Origin: Halobacteriovoraceae bacterium
GTDB lineage: Bacteria; Bdellovibrionota; Bacteriovoracia; Bacteriovoracales; Bacteriovoracaceae
Direction of reading: 5' to 3'
Length of the DNA stretch: 64,000 nucleotides
Assembly (NCBI GenBank): GCA_963719505.1
Contig: CAVRCF010000005.1
Location: 384,001-448,000, forward strand
Position 1 is the stretch's first letter. Every line of letters starts with the position of its first letter. Position numbers and translations under genes: made by a program. Positions 49,335-59,381 of this stretch are shown piece by piece. The notes under the pieces were generated by a model. That model did no database searches. It saw nothing but the letters and a program-made list of their open reading frames with translations, and was not told the origin of the DNA.

Positions 49335-50414
49335 ATGCTCAAACCTCTTCTTATTGCACTTATTTCTGTCTCAGCTTGGACACAAGTCCTCGAGAGCAAA
49401 AGAAATTATCTTGGATTTAGACATACCCATGATGGATCTTCTCACCAGGCGATGGCACAGATAAAAAAATATATTAGCCCTGTTATCAATAAAGGACGAG
49501 TCAATGTTTATGAGATCACAGACCCCTCGTTCAACTTTGATCAGGCCAGTGCTCTTATTAAAAATCAGTTTTTTAAAATAGAGCAAAGTGATCTCGTTCA
49601 ATCACCAGAGAGTTTTGATAAAAGTATCTACTCTGAGCTAAAGACTAATAAGCGTATAAAAAGGATCGTAGATAAAGTTAATATAGCCTCATACTCTAAA
49701 TACGTGAAAAGCCTTGTCACCATTGGTGATAGATCAAAAGGCGCAGAAGCATCTACATACCTTATTACTGAACTTCAAAAATTAAATTTAAATCCCATTG
49801 ATACCGATTACAATATCGTCTCAAAGATTGAGGGTTTAAGTTCTGATTCTATTGTCGTGATTGGTCATATGGATACAGTGAGAAGAACTGTAGGTGCTGA
49901 TGACAATGCAAGTGGTGCCTCTGGCGTCCTTGAGATGGCCCGGGTGCTATCCGAACAATTTAACAAATCAAAGCCTCAAAAAACAATTTATTTTGTTCTC
50001 AGTGAAGACGAAGAAGATGGTCTACTGGGAGCGAAGAAGTTTGTTAAACAAATGAAGTCACAAGGACTCCTCAAAGGAGTGAAGCTTGCCATAAATATGG
50101 ATATGATCGCTTACAATCAAAATGGTGTGATCGATCTTGAGACGGATAAAAAATTTAAAGATCTGGCACTTGAATTTTCTAAAGTCGCCAAAACATATAC
50201 GACACTTACGCCGAATCTTGTTCTTAACCCTTGGGGCTCAGATCATGTCCCTTTTTTAAATGAAGATGTTCCAGCACTTTTGACAATTGAGAACTGGAAG
50301 ACACATACGCCTTGCTGGCACAAAAGTTGCGACACTCTTGATACTCTTAATTTTGAATATGCTGTAGAAGTTTTAAAAATGAATGTGGCCATGGTTTTAG
50401 AAAAACTAAACTAA
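49335..50414 (+). CDS. Secreted M28 family metallopeptidase
   Basis: GHMD, GADDNASG, EEDG, NMDM, SDH, WH motifs. Confidence 0.92.
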   Translation: MLKPLLIALISVSAWTQVLESKRNYLGFRHTHDGSSHQAMAQIKKYISPVINKGRVNVYEITDPSFNFDQASALIKNQFFKIEQSDLVQSPESFDKSIYSELKTNKRIKRIVDKVNIASYSKYVKSLVTIGDRSKGAEASTYLITELQKLNLNPIDTDYNIVSKIEGLSSDSIVVIGHMDTVRRTVGADDNASGASGVLEMARVLSEQFNKSKPQKTIYFVLSEDEEDGLLGAKKFVKQMKSQGLLKGVKLAINMDMIAYNQNGVIDLETDKKFKDLALEFSKVAKTYTTLTPNLVLNPWGSDHVPFLNEDVPALLTIENWKTHTPCWHKSCDTLDTLNFEYAVEVLKMNVAMVLEKLN

Positions 50415-51052
50415 TTATTGACTAGCCTATACACAACAACAAAATGCATAACAGCTGCAATTGAGACAAGAGCATGAAAAATTTCGTGATAGCCAAATGA
50501 CTCAGGCCATGGGTTTGGTCTTTTAAGACCATAAATAATGGCACCAATTGAATAAGCGATCCCTCCAAGAATTATTAAAACAACTCCTTCGACTCCTATC
50601 GAAGACTTGAGTTCCCCCAGATATGGGGTAATCATGTATCCAGCGATTAGACATAAGATGGCATTTAAAAATTTTGGAAGATTTGTAAAAAAAATTGATT
50701 TTATTACTCCAGCGATACAAATAGACCAAATGATCGCCAACAGTTTAAAGCTCGTTTCACTTGGAAGACCCAGGCGCGCAATCGGTGTAAAGGTTCCCGC
50801 AATCATTATGTAGATCGCACTATGATCTAATTTTCTGAGAATGGCCCGGGGCTTAACGTCCCAATTAATCCGATGATAAATTGCACTAACCCCAAACATA
50901 CAATAAAGACCCACGCTGTAGATGAAAACAGCTATAGCGTCGCTGAGGGAGTGGGTGTTACTAATAAGGACAATAGAAGCCCCGATAGCGACAAAAAACA
51001 TTTCTTGGTGAATATGCCCTCTTAACAAAGGCTTGTTGATTGAGTCTTTCAT
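50411..51052 (-). CDS. Hemolysin III / PAQR family membrane protein (YqfA-like)
   Basis: SAIYH, LDHSAIY.MIAGTFTP, YHEIFH. Confidence 0.92.
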   Translation of the reverse strand: MKDSINKPLLRGHIHQEMFFVAIGASIVLISNTHSLSDAIAVFIYSVGLYCMFGVSAIYHRINWDVKPRAILRKLDHSAIYIMIAGTFTPIARLGLPSETSFKLLAIIWSICIAGVIKSIFFTNLPKFLNAILCLIAGYMITPYLGELKSSIGVEGVVLIILGGIAYSIGAIIYGLKRPNPWPESFGYHEIFHALVSIAAVMHFVVVYRLVNN

Positions 51053-51057
51053 TAACC

Positions 51058-51077
51058 CAGTATACACGTGTTTACTG
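51058..51077. promoter_or_regulatory. FabR/DesT-type operator palindrome
   Basis: CAGTATACACGTGTTTACTG, near-perfect 20-bp inverted repeat over the hlyIII -10 box, next to a divergent FabR-like gene. Confidence 0.75.
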
Positions 51078-51157
51078 AAAAATAAACAAAAATTTTAAAA
51101 TTCAATTAAGTCACTGTATTTAATACCTTTTTTATCAAAACTAAGTTAACATAACGT

Positions 51158-51754
51158 ATGAATAGAGCTGAGAAGAAACGCCAAACCCGTTCAAATTTAG
51201 TCGAAGTGGCCCTAAGGCTTAGTGCCGACAAGGGCTTTAGCTCCCTAAGTTTGAGGGAAGTTGCTGTAGGGGCCAATATCACTCCTGCAGCTTTCTACAA
51301 CCATTTTGACGATATGGAGGAGCTTGGTCTGTCCTTATTAGACGAAGTGGCGTTGGGGCTTAGAAAGCTTTTGCGGGATGCTAGAAAAGTGTCTAAGGGA
51401 AAGGTTAACAATCTCACAAACTTTTCCATTCAAACCTTTCTAATCTATATCAACGAAAATACCAATCATTTCAAACTGCTTCTTGGAGAAAGGCAGGGGG
51501 CGTCCTCTAGTTTTAGATCGACAGTTCGATTGGAAATTGATCGATTCGTCTCGGAGCTTACAGAGGATCTTGAACGCATATCAAGTTTAAGAGGTGTGAA
51601 GCTTAGAAATTCTTCCTTTGCTGCAGAGGCCATCGTTGCCGTCGTTTTCAGTGTTGGTGCAGAAGCACTGGACCTACCAAAACACAAACAAGCTGGACTC
51701 GAAGAAAGACTAGTAGAAGAAGTCAATATGATCATGAGAGGGGCGAGAGTCTAG
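51158..51754 (+). CDS. fabR: TetR-family regulator FabR/DesT-like
   Basis: KGFSSLSLREVA, FYNHFDDMEELGLSL, ERQGAS, MIMRGA. Confidence 0.8.
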   Translation: MNRAEKKRQTRSNLVEVALRLSADKGFSSLSLREVAVGANITPAAFYNHFDDMEELGLSLLDEVALGLRKLLRDARKVSKGKVNNLTNFSIQTFLIYINENTNHFKLLLGERQGASSSFRSTVRLEIDRFVSELTEDLERISSLRGVKLRNSSFAAEAIVAVVFSVGAEALDLPKHKQAGLEERLVEEVNMIMRGARV

Positions 51755-51757
51755 ACT

Positions 51758-52099
51758 TTAGCGACAGCTTTTAACTTTTTTGATCGCACTCTTTAAAGTA
51801 ATCTTATTCCAAGGCTCGATTGGGCTAATAACTTTTCCTAGTTCACCTGAACATTTCCAATTACATTTCTCACTGATATCAATACAAAGTTTCATTGTAA
51901 TCTTACCAAGCTTAATACCTTTGGTATTTTTTAAAGAAATTGTGCTTTGAGAAGTGGTGCCCTTGAAAACATCAAAAGTCGCCGATCCTTTTTTTATATC
52001 GGAAACCTTTCCAATGACCTCATAACTTCCCTTCTCAAAGAGAAATTCTACTTCAGCAAAAGAGGAAAATGACAAAAGTATTAACATTATTATTTTCAT
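51758..52099 (-). CDS. Small secreted Cys-containing hypothetical protein
   Basis: Signal peptide, 4 Cys; ATGA overlap with the upstream gene. Confidence 0.7.
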   Translation of the reverse strand: MKIIMLILLSFSSFAEVEFLFEKGSYEVIGKVSDIKKGSATFDVFKGTTSQSTISLKNTKGIKLGKITMKLCIDISEKCNWKCSGELGKVISPIEPWNKITLKSAIKKVKSCR

Positions 52100-53418
52100 A
52101 AATTATCCAGTGCGTTTTCCCGCTCACAGGCCATAAGGGATTCGAATTTTTTGAGATCATTAGGAGACTTCTCTTTAAGAGCAATAATCATTTCGACATC
52201 ATTCATTTTTCGAAGACTGGCCGTATACTTCCTTAAACTTTTAAACATATCCCCTCTTAAGTCTTCCCAAAGAGATTCAATATTTTCTAGTTTAGTATAA
52301 TCATTTTTATCAGTTGATTCCCAAAGTTTTACAAGTGTCATTTTTCTTGAGTGAAGATCTTTGACTTTGTCATTAAGCTCATCAAGGTTTTCTTCAATAT
52401 ACTTTGAAGCGTTTTTATACATTCTGGAATAAGCACCATAAAGTTTATTTCTACCTGCAAAAGTATCTATCTGCTTTTGAACGGAGTTATTCTCTATCTT
52501 GTCTAATTGGCTTTGAAGATCTGACAAAACTGTAAATTGATCTTCATTAGCCATTGAAGACTGACAATGAATACACAATTTTTTTGGAGCTTTCCCTAGC
52601 GAAGTCTGTGGAAAGTCCTCTCCACTAAAAATAGTGGAAAAAGATTCTTTATAGGTCTTATCATTTAGATCGTTAAGTTTGCTTTTCAAAAAAACACCAG
52701 AAGTTAAAGAAGTCCCTTTTACTAGATCATCAATATCTTCACCGAGGTTATAATAATGGAAGTTAAACAGATTTGTCTCTTTCATTAAATCTTTTCTGGT
52801 GGGAGTGGATAATCCAAAGAAGTCACTAACACTTTGAATTTTATTATCGTTATAGCTCTCACTCCAATAGTCCCAGCCAATAGGTAAATACTCATTCATC
52901 CTGGCACTATCAGTTGCTGAGACAAAACCTGTTGAGAGGTTCTCATCATTAACGGAAGCTCCCCCACACATTGATTTAATATTTTTAAAGTTAGAGCTTA
53001 TAATTGTTTCACTAAATTTTGGCCAACAAATCTGAGAGGAAAACGTCACCTCAGTTCCCTCTGGCAGTCTCCTATCCAAATCCCCCAATGCTTTTGAGTA
53101 GGTCACAAACTCACTTGCGCTAAAAGGAAGCTTAGTCGATGAACCGTGATCCACAAATGAGATATGGAGCTTATCTTTTTTTGGATCGAATTTTTCTTTC
53201 TTTAATTTGTCTTCAAGAATAGTGTGAGAATTAGACATATCTAAATCATGAGTTTTAACAACCAAGCATCCCATCTCTTTGGCCTTTTTTTCTACAAACT
53301 GGGCCCTATGAAAATGCCTTTTCTCATCTGACACACCCAAAAAGACGTAAGTAAAACATCTGGCCGATGCGCTAAAGGAAATTAAAAATAAGGCAGTAAT
53401 AATGATAAGCTTTTTCAT
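52096..53418 (-). CDS. Secreted protein, putative clan CD (caspase/legumain-like) cysteine peptidase
   Basis: Signal peptide; LHISFVDHGS and VTFSSQICW resemble the His-Gly...Cys dyad on hydrophobic strands. Confidence 0.5.
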   Translation of the reverse strand: MKKLIIITALFLISFSASARCFTYVFLGVSDEKRHFHRAQFVEKKAKEMGCLVVKTHDLDMSNSHTILEDKLKKEKFDPKKDKLHISFVDHGSSTKLPFSASEFVTYSKALGDLDRRLPEGTEVTFSSQICWPKFSETIISSNFKNIKSMCGGASVNDENLSTGFVSATDSARMNEYLPIGWDYWSESYNDNKIQSVSDFFGLSTPTRKDLMKETNLFNFHYYNLGEDIDDLVKGTSLTSGVFLKSKLNDLNDKTYKESFSTIFSGEDFPQTSLGKAPKKLCIHCQSSMANEDQFTVLSDLQSQLDKIENNSVQKQIDTFAGRNKLYGAYSRMYKNASKYIEENLDELNDKVKDLHSRKMTLVKLWESTDKNDYTKLENIESLWEDLRGDMFKSLRKYTASLRKMNDVEMIIALKEKSPNDLKKFESLMACERENALDNL

Positions 53419-53425
53419 GTAAGTA

Positions 53426-53452
53426 TTATCGGTTAACCAACCAAAATTGTTA
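53426..53452 (-). promoter_or_regulatory. Sigma28-type promoter
   Basis: TAAC-N15-ACCGATAA, ending 7 nt before ATG 53418. Confidence 0.55.
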
Positions 53453-53476
53453 AAATTAAAAGCACAACTCTTAAAG

Positions 53477-55411
53477 TCAGTTAATCACGATGAGTTTAAA
53501 TTTTTCAACTTGTGTAAAGACACTGGTAGCTGTGGGATTGAGAAACATCTCGCCAGAGCTTTGAGATATAAGACCTATTGCTATCATATCAAAAGAGTCA
53601 ACTTTATCAGCAATTTGCTCAAAGCTCATTGGTCCAGTGAGGCCAAATTGTTTTGCTGAAATAAAAGTAATATCCGATCCCCCAGCGTGAAAGAGATACT
53701 CAAAAACTCGATTGAGTTCAAACCTCAAGGCCACATTGGCAAGGATATAACTTATGACTAAGGGACTAATAATTGTCTCACCTTGTTTGGCGACAAAAAG
53801 TTTTTCATTTTCTGGTTCTGCTAGTTCAATCAAGATGGGAACTCTCTTTTCCAAATTAAGGAATTGCTTTAATTGCAAAATACCTAAGATCGAGCGAGCA
53901 TCGGCATCTGAACTATCATTGGTTCGATCACTTGAGAGAAAAACAATATTCGTATAAGGACTAAAATCAAGCTGAGACATTTCACTAAAGGATGTGTAAT
54001 CAGCTTGGATATGTTTAATTCTTGATTTCATTTTCTCGTCTACTATCTTAGATAGACTTTTTTCTCTTTGAGAGATATCAAAAAGAGAAACAATATCGAC
54101 ATCAAAATCAAATTTTTTCGTCTCTAAAAGCTCGTTAATTAAAAAAGGTGCTTTTTTACTCCAGCCCATGACAAGAAGTTTTCTTTTTTGCACGACATAT
54201 TTTTTAAGGACTCCGGTCTCTTGGCTCGCTTGAGCTTTTGATATTCTTTTATGGTCAACATAAATGGAATCATAATTTTTGGTGATTAAGATAATAAGAT
54301 CATTCGCTTTTATAATCTCTGAATCTTCAGGGTTGATAAGGCATCTATTTTTGTCCTTGTTAGAGACAATTCCAATGGCAATATTTTCTGGAAAAGCTCT
54401 TTTAATTTGCCCCCAATTTTTACCAATTAAGTCACTAAACTCTTTGAGATGGATTTCACTACCTCGCCCCTGAGCAATAAGTTCAGCGATCACCAAGGAC
54501 AATCCTGGATTTTGGATATTCTGAGCAATCATTCTTGACAGTAAGACCCTACCGGAGACGATTTCAAGATTTTGGGGATAGGCCGCTTTAGCAACTTCAA
54601 CATTATTATTATCTAGGATTTCTACCACAACCTTTGGAGGTGTTCTCTTATTAAGCTCAGAGATATTATTAATCGATAGCAATGCTTTAATGGCCCGTGT
54701 GTCTGAATTTTCTTGTCCACTGTTGCCATAAATCGATGAAGGCATGATAACAACAGAGCTATTTTCGACATTAATTCTCACAAGATCGTCCGCTTTCATA
54801 GAGTCCCCCGTTCTAAAAATTACTTTTCGAAGTTGGGATCCCGAGCCAATATGATCGCTAAGGTCCGCGGTGAGTTCATAGCCAACTTCTGGGTTGAGGA
54901 CGATAATTTTCTCTGAAGCTCTTTTATTAATCTTCAAAAACATCTTAAACTTTCTTTTTGATGAGATGATTTGCTGAATAATAATGGGAGTTCGATTATT
55001 GTATCCAAGAATTGAGATATGGCCCTTCATCATAATGGGGGTATAGCCAGCTTCAAGCTCTTTCATCATTTTATAAAGCCACTGGGTCATGATGGCTACT
55101 AAAGAGCCCATAAAAAGAACGTAGCCCAAAAGAGTTAAAGCCGTTGCTAAAATCCTTTTGGCCATACCATTATCATCACCAAGGTATCCAGGGTCACTCA
55201 TTCGTAAAAATGCCCACCAAGAACTGTTCTTTAAATCACCAATTTCTGGCTCTATATATAAAAGGACCTCACCGCCAATAAGGGAAATAACTCCTATGAC
55301 AAACCCAATAAACAATACTTGATAAAATGGTCCTCGGATGAGAAATCGCTCAACTTGATATTTAACGTACAACACAAATTTTGAAGAGAAGCTTTTTGGA
55401 CCAAGAGACAT
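53477..55411 (-). CDS. CASTOR/POLLUX (DMI1)-related ion channel with two RCK domains
   Basis: WWAFLRMSDPGYLGDD filter region, GHISILG, SDTRAIKALL, ADARSIL. Confidence 0.8.
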   Translation of the reverse strand: MSLGPKSFSSKFVLYVKYQVERFLIRGPFYQVLFIGFVIGVISLIGGEVLLYIEPEIGDLKNSSWWAFLRMSDPGYLGDDNGMAKRILATALTLLGYVLFMGSLVAIMTQWLYKMMKELEAGYTPIMMKGHISILGYNNRTPIIIQQIISSKRKFKMFLKINKRASEKIIVLNPEVGYELTADLSDHIGSGSQLRKVIFRTGDSMKADDLVRINVENSSVVIMPSSIYGNSGQENSDTRAIKALLSINNISELNKRTPPKVVVEILDNNNVEVAKAAYPQNLEIVSGRVLLSRMIAQNIQNPGLSLVIAELIAQGRGSEIHLKEFSDLIGKNWGQIKRAFPENIAIGIVSNKDKNRCLINPEDSEIIKANDLIILITKNYDSIYVDHKRISKAQASQETGVLKKYVVQKRKLLVMGWSKKAPFLINELLETKKFDFDVDIVSLFDISQREKSLSKIVDEKMKSRIKHIQADYTSFSEMSQLDFSPYTNIVFLSSDRTNDSSDADARSILGILQLKQFLNLEKRVPILIELAEPENEKLFVAKQGETIISPLVISYILANVALRFELNRVFEYLFHAGGSDITFISAKQFGLTGPMSFEQIADKVDSFDMIAIGLISQSSGEMFLNPTATSVFTQVEKFKLIVIN

Positions 55412-55602
55412 ATTTAATTCCTTTAATTTATACCCCTATGATGGCGAAAATCCTGTTAAAAGTAAATTTTAATTGGCACTGAGAAAAAAAACATAACTAT
55501 TAGTTATATGTAAGGTAAAGGCTTATTCTTCCCATTTACAGGGAACAAGCATAGGATTAATATCAGACGAATAGAGACATCCATCCTTTAGAGGGAAACT
55601 TA

Positions 55603-56277
55603 ATGAAAAGCCATTTTGAAGTAAACATAAAGACATTTAAAAACCTTAAAGAAATTAAAGGTTCTTGGACCAATGAGCATTTTTTAAAAATCATGGAAGA
55701 CCTTGAGTACTCTGACACAGATGGGATGAGTGAATCTGATTTAAAAGAGACAGCAATTATGCTCTTGCAGGATCTTGAGCCAGAAGACGCAGCCTTAGTT
55801 CTCTTAAAATTAAAACTTGGTGAAAAACTAAAAGAGGGACAACTTAAAAACATCTCAAATGAGATGTTGGATGAAAAGCTTTGGGAGGAATATGCAGAAC
55901 CCTCTTTACATGAAGATTTTTTTGTCGTCGCAAGCCTTTTATATCAAGTCGCACCTAAGATTTTTCCAAAACCAGACGCAGTCGAGATGAGTTTTGACAT
56001 CACGGCATCAAATGATAAATCAGCTCAGGATCTTCTGTCTCACTGCCAAGAAAACTTTGTTTTGAAAATCCTCGCCGACGGGATGGATAATGGATCAATT
56101 ATTCATAGGCTCTATGGTGATCAGCTTGCAACTTTCTCTATTGAGGAAGCCAGTAAAATACTATGGACTTTAGAAAAAACTGATCAATCTGAAAAGACAG
56201 TTAGTTTTAAACTTATAAGTTCTGGATACTGGATGGATCCTTTGATGGGTATCAACTCATTTGAATCTTCCCTATAA
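55603..56277 (+). CDS. Hypothetical protein
   Basis: 224-aa acidic ORF with GAGGG RBS. Confidence 0.75.
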   Translation: MKSHFEVNIKTFKNLKEIKGSWTNEHFLKIMEDLEYSDTDGMSESDLKETAIMLLQDLEPEDAALVLLKLKLGEKLKEGQLKNISNEMLDEKLWEEYAEPSLHEDFFVVASLLYQVAPKIFPKPDAVEMSFDITASNDKSAQDLLSHCQENFVLKILADGMDNGSIIHRLYGDQLATFSIEEASKILWTLEKTDQSEKTVSFKLISSGYWMDPLMGINSFESSL

Positions 56278-56826
56278 TCAGGTAAATCCAGCTCTTTTGG
56301 TGCGGCTGTACTAAGATCAGATTTACATATTGGCCACATTGCAGTATTTTGGGCACTCAAAACTTTATATTTACAGGAAGACATATGAAAACAATTCACC
56401 CACGCTGCACATTTGCCATTATATCTTCGACCACGCCCTAATCACGCTCTACCAGAAGCATCGAGATCATTAATCATTCTAAAACAACATAAAAACCACA
56501 TCAATAGATAAATGCACATTAAATTATAATGTGAATGTTTAAAATTTTCCGCATACTAGAAAGTAAGTAGTCAGGTTTTTTATGTGTTTACCTTTTGCGT
56601 AGAGAACGATCTTCAAACTAATAATTGTTCACACATTCAGATTCAGACAGCAATGGTTTGAAATCTTTAAACACTGATACCTTGAAGTCTATTTTAAAGT
56701 TCCATCAATTCAGGATAAAGGTTAATAGTAAACTCATTTTAATAGTGCCCAGTTTGTCATCAAATCTATACAAGTAGTAATACTTATCTAGATTTAATTT
56801 ATAGACATTTAGATAACAATTTATAC

Positions 56827-57420
56827 ATGAAATCAATCGTATCTCGATCAATATTGACAGTTTTATTTGTTATAGCAAGTGTAATAGGCTTTGCCGTTTT
56901 CAGGTTCTATTATAATGTGAGTACAGAGTTTCCTTTTACTCAAGAATTTATACTTGTTCTATTAGGAGTTATATCAACAGTTTTGATAACTGCGATTCTA
57001 CTCATCCAACAATCTAAACTCGATCTTCGAAAAGAAGAAAAAGTACTACTTGTTAATCAGAAAAACACTATTTACATGGGAATAATTGAAGAAGTTTCCA
57101 TGATTGCGGATAATAGAGATTTTGAACCCAAAAGTATATCTCGTTTAAAGATCCTTAATCACAAACTCTCGATTGTTGGTAGTATTCTAGTTGTTAGAAA
57201 CTTCAACAAAACTTTAGACTTATTATTAGAGGGTCTTGAAAAGAAATGCATGACCGAGCCTCAAGCGGAAGAATTGATGCACTCAATTGCTGAACTAACT
57301 TTTTACATGAGAGCCGACCTCCTAGGAGAAAACTTAGAGGAGATCGATGGTGTTATGGGAGATATTATATCTAATTCTAAAGATATCGAACAAGTTGAAG
57401 ACAGAGGTAATCAACCCTAA
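56827..57420 (+). CDS. Hypothetical membrane protein (2 TM plus helical domain)
   Basis: Two N-terminal hydrophobic helices; MRADL motif. Confidence 0.7.
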   Translation: MKSIVSRSILTVLFVIASVIGFAVFRFYYNVSTEFPFTQEFILVLLGVISTVLITAILLIQQSKLDLRKEEKVLLVNQKNTIYMGIIEEVSMIADNRDFEPKSISRLKILNHKLSIVGSILVVRNFNKTLDLLLEGLEKKCMTEPQAEELMHSIAELTFYMRADLLGENLEEIDGVMGDIISNSKDIEQVEDRGNQP

Positions 57421-57572
57421 ATTAAACTTTTAGAAATATTCATGAGGGAGAAAATAAAACAGGTGCTTTTAATTTAAGATTCTATTCGACGTCAAAACTT
57501 CGATTACTGCGTAAACATGAGGCTTTGGCTTTACTTGCCCGAATAACGTTCACATAAAAGACTTCTACCCGC

Positions 57573-59381
57573 TCAACTTAATTGTTTATCCATCATTCTA
57601 TCTATAACCTTCTTAGCCCAGTTTTTTGGAGGGTCGCCAAAACATTCTAGAATAGCATCAACACCAAACAGGGCTCCTTTAGCCAATCTTCCTAAAACGG
57701 CAACAGGCAAAGAGCCGTTAGAGGTCAATATGAGAGAGGCATCATCTGTTTTGAGACCAAGATCTTCATAGACCGATCCGATCTTTAAGTCATTTAGTAA
57801 ATTCACTATTATCGGCGAGTTCACATCTCTTATATCGGGAGCTGCTAAAACTGAATTGATCATAAATTCAGTTGTAATTGTAGATTTCTGATTTTCTAAA
57901 GTCCATCCTGAAGAGCTATCCAACTGAATATCTGGATTATTAACAAAGTCTAAATTAATTAAACCGACCTTTGTGAGAGCAAGTAATTGCTGCATACTCG
58001 CCAGCGGAGGGCCAAATGCGTACCTCTTTAGGCGATCATCCAAGGTGATGATTTTGGTCATTATTTCGTCATCCACGGGCGCTAACGAAAAAGCTTGGTA
58101 CATTGTTGGCTGCATTTTCCGCCACACTTGACCTATACAATAGTCCAAACTCACTGGCTTGGTAGAGGATGCCATCCCAACAAAATTCTCAATAAGTTTC
58201 GTTACATTCTTCTCATTTTCAAAAATTTGATCATTAACATTTGCTCCTTTTATCCACGTGAGTGATAGTTCTTCTACACCTTGCATGGTTAGTGAATGTT
58301 CGACCGCCTTAGTGTCTAAAGCCATAAATACGGTAGCTGCATTGAGAGCCGCAAGCCTTTGAAGATTTTTGAATACGTCTCCACCAGATTTTATAAGTCG
58401 ATTCAATTCTGGTAATAGCTGGTCTTCATTGATAATGTCATGTTCGTACCAGCTATCAATGCTCTCGTCCCTGGGCTTGGGAGATAAGGGAAGACCGTCG
58501 AGCGAGAAAGGAACAATAGTAGCAGGCTCCTTTCCGCTGGCTCTATAGATCATAGATAAAGTCTTAGGACATTGAGTCTCAAAGGTTCCTCCAAGTCCGA
58601 TAGTCAGAGCTCTCATCGTATCAATCATAGCTAGTCCGAACCCTCGGACAGCAACTCGTTTAGTATGCATATCGGGTAGTGTAACGTATGAGTGAACAGG
58701 ATATGCGCTTGTAAATAACCTAGGCTTGCTCTTATCAGTTGTTAAACTCTTTAGCCAACCTTGTATCTGTGGATCAAATTGCACTGTCTGGTGACCAATT
58801 GTTAACAAGACCTCATCATATCCCATAGACGTCAACCCGTCACTTTCCCTATCAGGTGGCGAGAATGCAGATGATTTACCTTGGGAGCCGAATGAGTATT
58901 CGACTGAGTAATGTTTACCAATTGGATTGATTCGAACAACTCTTCCTCTAATTACTTTCAAAAGATTAATGTGCTCAAGTGAGATTGCTAATGAATTGAA
59001 TCTCTCTATCAAGTAATTTCCAAGATAAGAGCGGCTCGGATAATGATCTGCTTCGTGTCTTGGATTTTCTCTTTGGCTACTTTCTGATGGTCGGGGACCC
59101 TTTCTCTTTGACCATTCGTGAAAAGATGGAAAACCCTGTATCTCATTATCGTTAATAATAATAGATTTTCTGGGTTCTAATTTGAGAAGCCTCGAAGAGA
59201 TATTGAGCCAATTGGTATCAGGTTGCTTAGAGGAATATACTGGACCAGCTCCCAGCCACAAACTTTCTTCAAAAAGTGTGCAAATTGGATAGTCGCTTGA
59301 GAGGTTACGTGCGGCTGAAGTAAAAAGGTTTTCCAAAGCAAAAAGTCCTCGTGGCCCCCCTCCAACAATAGCAATTTTCAT
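57573..59381 (-). CDS. FAD/NAD(P)-binding protein (YdhS/NAD_binding_9-like)
   Basis: IAIVGGGPRG, GAGPVY, YPSRSYLGNYL, VRGFGLAMID, FGPP. Confidence 0.85.
   Translation of the reverse strand: MKIAIVGGGPRGLFALENLFTSAARNLSSDYPICTLFEESLWLGAGPVYSSKQPDTNWLNISSRLLKLEPRKSIIINDNEIQGFPSFHEWSKRKGPRPSESSQRENPRHEADHYPSRSYLGNYLIERFNSLAISLEHINLLKVIRGRVVRINPIGKHYSVEYSFGSQGKSSAFSPPDRESDGLTSMGYDEVLLTIGHQTVQFDPQIQGWLKSLTTDKSKPRLFTSAYPVHSYVTLPDMHTKRVAVRGFGLAMIDTMRALTIGLGGTFETQCPKTLSMIYRASGKEPATIVPFSLDGLPLSPKPRDESIDSWYEHDIINEDQLLPELNRLIKSGGDVFKNLQRLAALNAATVFMALDTKAVEHSLTMQGVEELSLTWIKGANVNDQIFENEKNVTKLIENFVGMASSTKPVSLDYCIGQVWRKMQPTMYQAFSLAPVDDEIMTKIITLDDRLKRYAFGPPLASMQQLLALTKVGLINLDFVNNPDIQLDSSSGWTLENQKSTITTEFMINSVLAAPDIRDVNSPIIVNLLNDLKIGSVYEDLGLKTDDASLILTSNGSLPVAVLGRLAKGALFGVDAILECFGDPPKNWAKKVIDRMMDKQLS

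Noticed and set aside
55491..55511. Palindrome ATAACTA-T-TAGTTAT resembling a dif site
   Set aside because: Arm sequences and spacer do not fit the 11-6-11 XerC/XerD consensus; could be a transcription-factor site but unsupported
56184..56440. Cys-rich minus-strand ORF remnant (GKCAAWVNCFHMSSCKY)
   Set aside because: No good start or RBS and it overlaps a convergent gene; may be a decayed gene but cannot be supported
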